From Candidatus Latescibacterota bacterium (GTDB lineage: Bacteria; Latescibacterota; UBA2968; GCA-2709665), in NCBI GenBank assembly GCA_965203805.1, contig OZ241917.1, positions 4,576,001 to 4,640,000 of the forward strand: DNA of 64,000 nt, written 5' to 3'. The position numbers were made by a program, and so were the translations under genes. The notes under the pieces were generated by a model. The model was not told the origin of the DNA, ran no database searches, and saw nothing but the letters and a program-made list of their open reading frames with translations. Below are positions 57,866 to 64,000 of the stretch, piece by piece (position 1 is the first letter of the stretch; each line of letters begins with the position of its first letter).

Positions 57866-58339
57866 CTATCTCCACTGTTGCTCCAGTTCAGCTTCCATTT
57901 CCAGGATAGACGCCTTGATCTGCGCCAGTTCCTTCCGAACGGGCGCGGATGTTCCGTTTCCGTCGGGATGAACCGGTCCGTACATCTCCAATCCCCAGAT
58001 CGCAAGCATCAAGGCGGCGGCCACCGCCGCCGGCGCGAGCACCCCGCGGGGAATCCGGTCGGCCAGGTCCGACGGGCGCCATGGTAAGCGTCCCGGCCTC
58101 TCAGGCAGACGATCCGACAACCCGTCCCAGAAACCGGCCGGGGCCGTTTCGTTACCGACGGTCGCGGCAAAATGGCGCCGGACCGCGTCGTCGCTCCGGC
58201 GCAGTCGTTCAAAAGCCGGCGCGCAATCCGCGCACCGCGCAACGTGAGCCCGCATCGACTCTTCCTCAATCGGGGACAAATCGCCGTCCAGATAGCTGTG
58301 CATCCGCCTTCTGGTTTCACGACACGCACGACTCGGCAT
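57866..58339 (-). CDS. zf-HC2 (ZAS) membrane-anchored anti-sigma factor
   Basis: C...YLDGDL...HVARCADC (HxxxCxxC); single TM segment; directly downstream of the ECF sigma. Confidence 0.9.
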   Translation of the reverse strand: MPSRACRETRRRMHSYLDGDLSPIEEESMRAHVARCADCAPAFERLRRSDDAVRRHFAATVGNETAPAGFWDGLSDRLPERPGRLPWRPSDLADRIPRGVLAPAAVAAALMLAIWGLEMYGPVHPDGNGTSAPVRKELAQIKASILEMEAELEQQWR

Positions 58340-58362
58340 GTTGCAACCCTTTCTCGTTTCGA

Positions 58363-58941
58363 TCAATCCAACAGACCCTGTCTCTCGATCTCTTTCTGCA
58401 ATTTTTCTCTCGCGCGATACAGACGGGACTTCACCGTACCCTCAGGAATGTTGAGGATTTCCGCAACTTCACTGCATGTGAATTCCTGCAGATAGGTTAA
58501 CACCACAACCTCCTGGAGCTTAACCGGCAGCCGGGCTATCGTTGCCCGCAGGCGAATCCGCGTGTCTCGCCTGGCAAACAGGGCGTCCGGCGCTTCCGTC
58601 TCGGCGGACGCCAGACCTCCGAACCATGAAGGCGGCGTAAGGCGCTCGAGTAGCCGTCGCCGACGCCGTCGCCGCGCGTTCAATGCGGTTCGAACCGCGA
58701 TCCGGTAAAGCCAGGCCTGAAATGGAACCTGTCCCGAAAACGAACCCAGTCCCCGGTAGGTCCGAACAAGGGCGTCCTGGGCCGCTTCTTCCGCCTCTTC
58801 GCGACTGCCCAGAACCGAAAGCGCAAGGCGGAAGACAAAGTCCTGGTGGGGTTCGATCAGCCTCCGGAACGCGTCCCGATTTCCCGAAAGACACTGCTGG
58901 ATCAGGTCCCGCTCCTGGGGCATTGTGGACTCCGGCGTCAT
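58363..58941 (-). CDS. ECF RNA polymerase sigma factor
   Basis: G.RDAFRRL, AEEAAQDA, WLYRIA, LP...EV..L, EVAEILNIPEGTVKSRLYRAR. Start may be 58923-58995. Confidence 0.93.
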   Translation of the reverse strand: MTPESTMPQERDLIQQCLSGNRDAFRRLIEPHQDFVFRLALSVLGSREEAEEAAQDALVRTYRGLGSFSGQVPFQAWLYRIAVRTALNARRRRRRRLLERLTPPSWFGGLASAETEAPDALFARRDTRIRLRATIARLPVKLQEVVVLTYLQEFTCSEVAEILNIPEGTVKSRLYRAREKLQKEIERQGLLD

Positions 58942-59117
58942 GGCCTTCTGAAGAATCGCTGTCGGAACGTGCATTTGAAGGTCTGCGGATAACACTTTTT
59001 TCCCCTGAACCGGCGGAGGAAGCGCTGTCTGCCAAGTCTCACATCCTGCAAGACACGGCTTTTGTCGAACTGGTTCGATAAAATTTCACCACTTTGGGCC
59101 AAAAAGCAACCATTATC

Positions 59118-59182
59118 GCGGGGAAGCGAAACTCACGCGATTCCCGTATGCGCAAACGAGGATGAGTCTCGCTGCCCACCGC
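59118..59182. repeat. Imperfect inverted repeat in the divergent intergenic region
   Basis: GCGGGGAAGCGAAACTCA ... TGAGTCTCGCTGCCCACCGC. Confidence 0.55.
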
Positions 59183-59193
59183 CGAATATTCCC

Positions 59194-59222
59194 TTGACGC
59201 GTCGGGCCCGTGTCCCTACTTT
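59194..59222 (+). promoter_or_regulatory. Putative sigma70-type promoter for the PhyH-HEAT gene
   Basis: TTGACG-N17-TACTTT. Confidence 0.45.
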
Positions 59223-59298
59223 TTTGGTATGTCGGCGCAAGATAACGGGAATCGCGCCCGCCCTGACCCTGCTCACCATCTTCACGGAGAATTGAACC

Positions 59299-60669
59299 AT
59301 GCCGGATCTGAAATACCTCCTCGACGACCGGAAGATGCAGGAATTCATCGCCAATGGATTCATCACGATCAAGGTTGATCTTCCGCCCGGGTTCCACGAG
59401 GAAATCTTCAGGAAGACCGACGAAGTCTTCATCAAGGAAGGGAACCCCGGCAACAACGTCCTGCCGCGCATTCCCGAGATCCAGACCGTCTTCGACCAAC
59501 CCGAAGTCCGGGGCGCCTTCTCGTCGATCCTCGGGCACGACCATACCATGCACATCCACCGCCACTGCCACTTCAATACGCCCAACGGCAAGGGCGGGGG
59601 ATGGCACAAAGACAGCTACTGGGGATACTACAAGCTGCGTTACCTCCGGAACCGGTGGGCGATGGCGTTTTATTACCCGCAGGACGTGGAACTCGAGAAC
59701 GGGCCAACGGGCGTCATTCCTCACACGCACTGCTACATGGACCGCCTGAAGGACCCGGACGAGGCAGGAGTTTCCGTTTGCGGCGAAGCGGGAACGATCG
59801 CAATTGTCCACTTCGACATCTGGCACCGGGCCATGCCCAACCTGGTGGACAAGCGGCGGTATATGATGAAATTCCAGTTCACGCGCATGTCCGAGCCCAC
59901 GAAGCCGGAGTGGAACCACAACGGCGGGGCATGGAGAAACGCGGAGGTCGGAAACAGACACCCGTTCGTCTGGAACAGCATCTGGGAATGGTCGCGCGGT
60001 TCGAGCGCCAACGGTCATGCGGGCAACGTGGATGCGCTTGCGCGGACCTTGGAGGACGGCGACGAACCCACCCGGCTCAATGCGGCGTACGAGCTCGCCG
60101 CGACGGGAGAACCGGCTGTCGGACCGCTTTCGCGCGCCCTTCGATCAGCCGACGACGGCATCCGACTCCACGCCGCGTACGGACTGGCCGCCGTGGGCGA
60201 ACCAGCCGTTTCCGGTCTCGTCGCCGCACTCGGAGATGACGATGAAAAGGTGCGCGGCCACGCCGCCTTCGCGCTGGGCGACGTTGGTCCGGCGGCCGCC
60301 GGGGCCGTATCCGCGCTCGCGAAGACGTTGGGCGACCCCTCCGAATGGGTCCGCCACCACGCGGCCGAGGCCATGGGTACCATTGCCCGAAATCCGGACG
60401 AGGCCGTGCCCGCTCTGGCGAACGCACTGAAAGACGACGACGGCCAGGTCCGTTACAACGCGGCGTATTCCCTGGCGCGGTTCGGGTCGGACGCCGAAGC
60501 GGCCGTTCCGGCTCTCGGCGAAGCCCTTCAGGACGAGAATCGATACGCCTCGGGGCACGCGGCGGTGGCGCTGGAGTATATCGGCACGCCCGAGGCGCTC
60601 AACATCCTCCTGGACCACCTCAACACGGCGCGGTGGTGCCCGATTACCACACGGGAAGACCTTTACTAG
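59299..60669 (+). CDS. PhyH-family Fe(II)/2OG dioxygenase fused to HEAT repeats
   Basis: WHKD (HxD), YYPQDV..NGPT..IP.TH, HFDIWHRA, R.MMKFQF; C-terminal repeats such as AVPALANALKDDDGQVRYNAAYSL. Confidence 0.88.
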   Translation: MPDLKYLLDDRKMQEFIANGFITIKVDLPPGFHEEIFRKTDEVFIKEGNPGNNVLPRIPEIQTVFDQPEVRGAFSSILGHDHTMHIHRHCHFNTPNGKGGGWHKDSYWGYYKLRYLRNRWAMAFYYPQDVELENGPTGVIPHTHCYMDRLKDPDEAGVSVCGEAGTIAIVHFDIWHRAMPNLVDKRRYMMKFQFTRMSEPTKPEWNHNGGAWRNAEVGNRHPFVWNSIWEWSRGSSANGHAGNVDALARTLEDGDEPTRLNAAYELAATGEPAVGPLSRALRSADDGIRLHAAYGLAAVGEPAVSGLVAALGDDDEKVRGHAAFALGDVGPAAAGAVSALAKTLGDPSEWVRHHAAEAMGTIARNPDEAVPALANALKDDDGQVRYNAAYSLARFGSDAEAAVPALGEALQDENRYASGHAAVALEYIGTPEALNILLDHLNTARWCPITTREDLY

Positions 60670-60771
60670 ATATGATCCCCGTCGGTATTCCAAAGGCGCG
60701 TTGCGGGGATGCGTTTCACATTTTAAGGACTGAAAGCGGTGAGACGGGAGACGGTAGACGGTAGATGACCT

Positions 60772-60997
60772 CTTTGCCGGATTGGTTTTTCCCTTATGCC
60801 TGCGGCAAGAGATGATACCGCACGGGGCAACAAAACCGGTGAGACGTAAGAGGGCAGACGGTAGAGGAAGACAGTTACAGCAGTGTTTCCACGCAAACCG
60901 TGCCTGTTTATTTACTGCTATCGTAACGACAAGAAAAACCATAGTGCACTCATTTTCTCTCCCTTCTTCCGTCTCACGTCTCCCCGCCTCTCTGACA
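60772..60997 (+). repeat. ~220-bp non-coding leader, copy 1 (paralogous to 62135-62345)
   Basis: Alignable blocks TTGCC.GATTGGTTT, GGCAAGA, AAAACCGGTGAGACG, AGACGGTAGAGGAAGACA, GCTATCGTAACGACAAGAAA.ACCATAG, TCTCACGTCTC.CCGCCT. Confidence 0.8.
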
Positions 60998-62125
60998 ATG
61001 ACATCGACATTCTACAGACTGATTTCCTGTCTCGCGGTGCTGTTTTTTTTCGCGGCCTGCGGAGGCAAGGAAACGCCCCCTGCGCCGGAGCCGGCGCCTG
61101 CCGAGACCACGGACAACACGCCCCGGCAGCCCAGGCCCCTGTTGTCGGACAGCACGTTCGGCGCCGACTCGAACCCCACCGGCAATCCCATCGGCGGGGG
61201 AGACGGATACGATCAACTGGTAGAGGAAACTGACTACTTCGTCACCAACCGGGCGGAGCTGCTCGACGCGCTCAAGCAGGCGACGCGGGGCCAGGTGGTC
61301 TATCTGGCGGATACCGCCAGGGTGGACCTTACCGGCGACCAGAAAATCGAAATCGCCGCCGGCGTCACGCTGGCCAGCGGACGGGGCAAGCCCGATACCG
61401 ACGGCGGCCTGGTTTACTCAAAGGAACTGGAGACGATTCCGCTCTTTGTCGCCACCGGTCCTGACGTGCGCGTGACCGGACTCCGGCTGGAGGGACCGGA
61501 CACGATGAGGCGCACGGAGCAGATGAGGCAGCTCAGTGCGGAAGGACGGTACTACAGCATCCCCAACTCGCGGGCCATCGAGACCTTCGAACCACGGCTG
61601 GAAGTGGACAACTGTGAACTCTTCGGCTGGAGTCACGGCGCGATTTTCCTGAGGGCCAATTCCACGGACAACCACATTCACCACAACTATTTCCACCACA
61701 ACCAGCGCCACGGATTGGGATACGGCGTGGTAATGGACCAGTCGGAAGCGCTGATCGAAGCCAACCTCTTCGACTGGTGCCGTCACCACATCGCCGGTAC
61801 GGGCAGGCCCGGCACGAGCTACGAGGCCCGTTACAACCTGGTCCTGGAAAACGCCAACAGCCACAGCTTCGACATGCACGGCGGCAGGGACCGGGGCGAC
61901 GGTACGGACATCGCGGGCACTGTTATTACCATACATCACAACACGTTTCTGGCCATCGACGTGGAGGCCGTTGTCATCCGGGGCGTTCCGGAGGAATACT
62001 GCGACATCTACAACAACTGGTTTGTCCACTTTGTCCCCGCGGTTGCCGTCAAACAGGTCAACGCCAAGGGAAATGTGCGGCACTACTCAAACCAGTACAC
62101 AAACGATCGGGTCGTCAAGGACTGA
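60998..62125 (+). CDS. Lipoprotein with right-handed parallel beta-helix (pectin-lyase-like fold), copy 1
   Basis: Lipobox FAAC after ATG 60998; Pro-rich linker; IGGG.GY; VDNCE, IHHNYFHHNQ, IEANLF, HSFDMHG repeats. Confidence 0.8.
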   Translation: MTSTFYRLISCLAVLFFFAACGGKETPPAPEPAPAETTDNTPRQPRPLLSDSTFGADSNPTGNPIGGGDGYDQLVEETDYFVTNRAELLDALKQATRGQVVYLADTARVDLTGDQKIEIAAGVTLASGRGKPDTDGGLVYSKELETIPLFVATGPDVRVTGLRLEGPDTMRRTEQMRQLSAEGRYYSIPNSRAIETFEPRLEVDNCELFGWSHGAIFLRANSTDNHIHHNYFHHNQRHGLGYGVVMDQSEALIEANLFDWCRHHIAGTGRPGTSYEARYNLVLENANSHSFDMHGGRDRGDGTDIAGTVITIHHNTFLAIDVEAVVIRGVPEEYCDIYNNWFVHFVPAVAVKQVNAKGNVRHYSNQYTNDRVVKD

Positions 62126-62134
62126 GAAGACGTC

Positions 62135-62345
62135 CTTGCCCGATTGGTTTCTCCTTAATGCCTCTGGCAAGATGTGAAACCGCACAGGGCAATAAAACCG
62201 GTGAGACGGGAGCCGGTAGACGGTAGAGGAAGACATTTACTGCGGTGTTTCCGCATAAACCGTGCTTGTATATCTACCGCTATCGTAACGACAAGAAACA
62301 CCATAGGGCGCAGACATCATCTCACGTCTCACCGCCTTTCTGGCT
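62135..62345 (+). repeat. ~210-bp non-coding leader, copy 2
   Basis: Aligns with 60772-60997. Confidence 0.8.
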
Positions 62346-63473
62346 ATGACAACCAACTTCTGCAAACTGCTTTCCTTTCTCTCCGCGCTGATTCTCTTCG
62401 CGGCCTGCGGAGGCAAGGAAACGCCCCCTGCACCCGAACCGGCGCCCACCGAATCGACGGGCGGACGGGACCTGAGTAACCGCGCGCTGCTATCCGACGA
62501 CAACTTCGGGGCGGACTCGAATCCCACCGGCAATCCCATCGGGGGCGGAGAGGGATACGATCAGCTGGTGGAGGAGTATGACTATCTCGTTACAAATCGC
62601 GCGGAACTTCTGGACGCGCTCACGAAGGCGACCGGGGGGCAGGTGGTCTACGTGGCGGACACCGCCCGAGTGGACCTGACCGGCGACACGGACATCGAGA
62701 TCCGGGCGGGCGTCACGCTGGCCAGCGGCCGGGGCAAGCCCGATACCTATGGCGGGCTTGTCTTTTCTGAACAACTGGATACGGCCCCGTTGTTCGTCGC
62801 CGCCGGTCCCGACGTTCGCCTTACCGGCCTGAGGCTGGAGGGGCCGGACTCGATGAGGCGTACCGAACAGATGACGCAACTTCTGCGGGAAGGGCGGTAT
62901 TACAGCATACCCAACTCCAGGGCCATCGAGACCTTCGAAGAGAGGCTGGAGGTGGACAACTGCGAACTCTGGGGCTGGAGCCACGGTGCGATTTTCCTCA
63001 GGCGGAATTCGACGGACAACCACATCCACCACAACTACATTCATCACAATCAGCGCCACGGTCTCGGCTACGGCGTGGTGATGGACAATTCCGAAGCGCT
63101 CATCGAAGCCAACCTGTTCGACTGGTGCCGGCACCACATCGCGGGCACCGGCAGGCCGAATACCAGTTACGAGGCCCGATACAACATGGTCCTGGAGAAC
63201 GCCAACAGCCACAGCTTCGACATGCACGGCGGCCGGGACCGGGAAGACGGAACGGACATCGCCGGAAACCTTATTCTCATTCACCACAACACGTTTCTGG
63301 CCGTGGACGTGGAGGCTGTGGTCATCCGGGGCATACCGCGGGATATCTGCGATGTCTACAACAACTGGTTCATCCACTGGCTCCCGGCGACGGCCATCAA
63401 GCAGGTCTATGCCACGGGAAATATGAGAAACTACTCCAACCAGTACACGCACACCCGGGTCGTGAAGGACTGA
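62346..63473 (+). CDS. Lipoprotein with right-handed parallel beta-helix, copy 2
   Basis: Close tandem paralog of 60998..62125 with the same length (375 aa) and lipobox FAAC. Confidence 0.82.
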   Translation: MTTNFCKLLSFLSALILFAACGGKETPPAPEPAPTESTGGRDLSNRALLSDDNFGADSNPTGNPIGGGEGYDQLVEEYDYLVTNRAELLDALTKATGGQVVYVADTARVDLTGDTDIEIRAGVTLASGRGKPDTYGGLVFSEQLDTAPLFVAAGPDVRLTGLRLEGPDSMRRTEQMTQLLREGRYYSIPNSRAIETFEERLEVDNCELWGWSHGAIFLRRNSTDNHIHHNYIHHNQRHGLGYGVVMDNSEALIEANLFDWCRHHIAGTGRPNTSYEARYNMVLENANSHSFDMHGGRDREDGTDIAGNLILIHHNTFLAVDVEAVVIRGIPRDICDVYNNWFIHWLPATAIKQVYATGNMRNYSNQYTHTRVVKD

Positions 63474-63508
63474 ACGAACCACGCGTTGTCACGAGAGGAG
63501 TCCGGCGA

Positions 63509-63961
63509 ATGCCGAGACAGTGGAAGGTGTACCTGGCCGGTGAAATCCACAGCGACTGGCGTGACCGAATCATACGAGGCGCCGCGGAGAAGGAACTCCG
63601 TGTCACGTTCACGACGCCGGTCACGGACCACACCGCCAGCGACAACTGCGGCGTGGACATCCTCGGCCCGGAGGACTCCTCATTCTGGAAGGACCATAAG
63701 GGCGCGAAGATCAATGCCATCCGGACGCGAACGCTCATTGGCGACGCCGATATCGTGGTGGTGCGCTTCGGAGACAAATACCGCCAGTGGAACGCGGCGT
63801 TCGACGCGGGGTTCGCATCGGCCCTCGGCAAACCCATTGTCGTTATCCACGATTCTGCGAATGCTCACGCGCTTAAGGAAGTCGATGCGGCCGCGATGGC
63901 GGTGGCGGAAACGCCCGAACAGGTGGTGGACGTGCTCGCCTACGTGACCCGTGAAGGGTAA
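63509..63961 (+). CDS. YtoQ family protein (nucleoside 2-deoxyribosyltransferase-like fold)
   Basis: GAGGAG RBS; VYLAGEIHSDWR, PVTDH.ASD.CG, INAIRTRT, VVRFGDKYRQWNAAFDAG, HALKEVD. Confidence 0.9.
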   Translation: MPRQWKVYLAGEIHSDWRDRIIRGAAEKELRVTFTTPVTDHTASDNCGVDILGPEDSSFWKDHKGAKINAIRTRTLIGDADIVVVRFGDKYRQWNAAFDAGFASALGKPIVVIHDSANAHALKEVDAAAMAVAETPEQVVDVLAYVTREG

Positions 63962-64000
63962 TTCGCCTCACCCTTCCTTACCCGGGAGCGACCGGCAGGC

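Noticed and set aside
60673-60710. ATCCCCG...CGGGGAT hairpin as a terminator
   Set aside because: Large loop and no adjacent U-tract, so too weak to call.
1-64000. tRNA, rRNA, integrase/transposase, DGR or retron components
   Set aside because: No cloverleaf or rRNA-like tracts, and no recombinase, transposase or reverse transcriptase motifs were recognised. Paralog differences are not adenine-specific as DGR mutagenesis would give.

Overview
A high-GC bacterial window that reads as mostly gene-dense catabolic DNA. The gene mix (three DUF6785/6784-type membrane proteins, four GWxTD-type TPR proteins, PhyH dioxygenases, many heparinase-like proteins) suggests a Latescibacterota/Gemmatimonadota/Poribacteria-like organism, but this is inference only. 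(1) 1-1805 is a visibly AT-richer island end: the 3' part of a sacsin-like protein with a degenerate HNH Zn-finger domain and an antitoxin-like acidic tail, overlapping a PemK/MazF toxin. REP-like repeats follow. (2) 2409-38957 is a putative anionic-polysaccharide/uronate utilisation locus. It holds five ~1100-1220 aa paralogous proteins with no signal peptide (GH20b/GH67N-like N-domain + heparinase II/III-like lyase/epimerase core + FG-GAP/PQQ beta-propeller), a secreted PL15-like protein, a beta-helix/PKD protein, three DUF6785-type putative transporters, a sugar ABC transporter split by a 162-bp MITE, an HxG-type Fe/2OG enzyme, uxuA and a CN hydrolase. (3) 39058-58941 has four GWxTD/TPR proteins, an enolase-superfamily enzyme, a large GNAT protein and an ECF sigma/zf-HC2 anti-sigma pair on the minus strand. 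These are interrupted by a YtrA-type GntR/ABC operon with two divergent permeases that share near-identical 3' ends. (4) 59299-63961 has a PhyH-HEAT fusion, two tandem beta-helix lipoproteins with a duplicated ~220-bp leader, and a YtoQ-family gene. I found no rRNA, tRNA or CRISPR array. The best candidates for undescribed systems are the cytoplasmic lyase-propeller array with its DUF6785 transporters, and the nuclease-antitoxin fusion with MazF. All family assignments come from motif recognition by eye; no searches were run.
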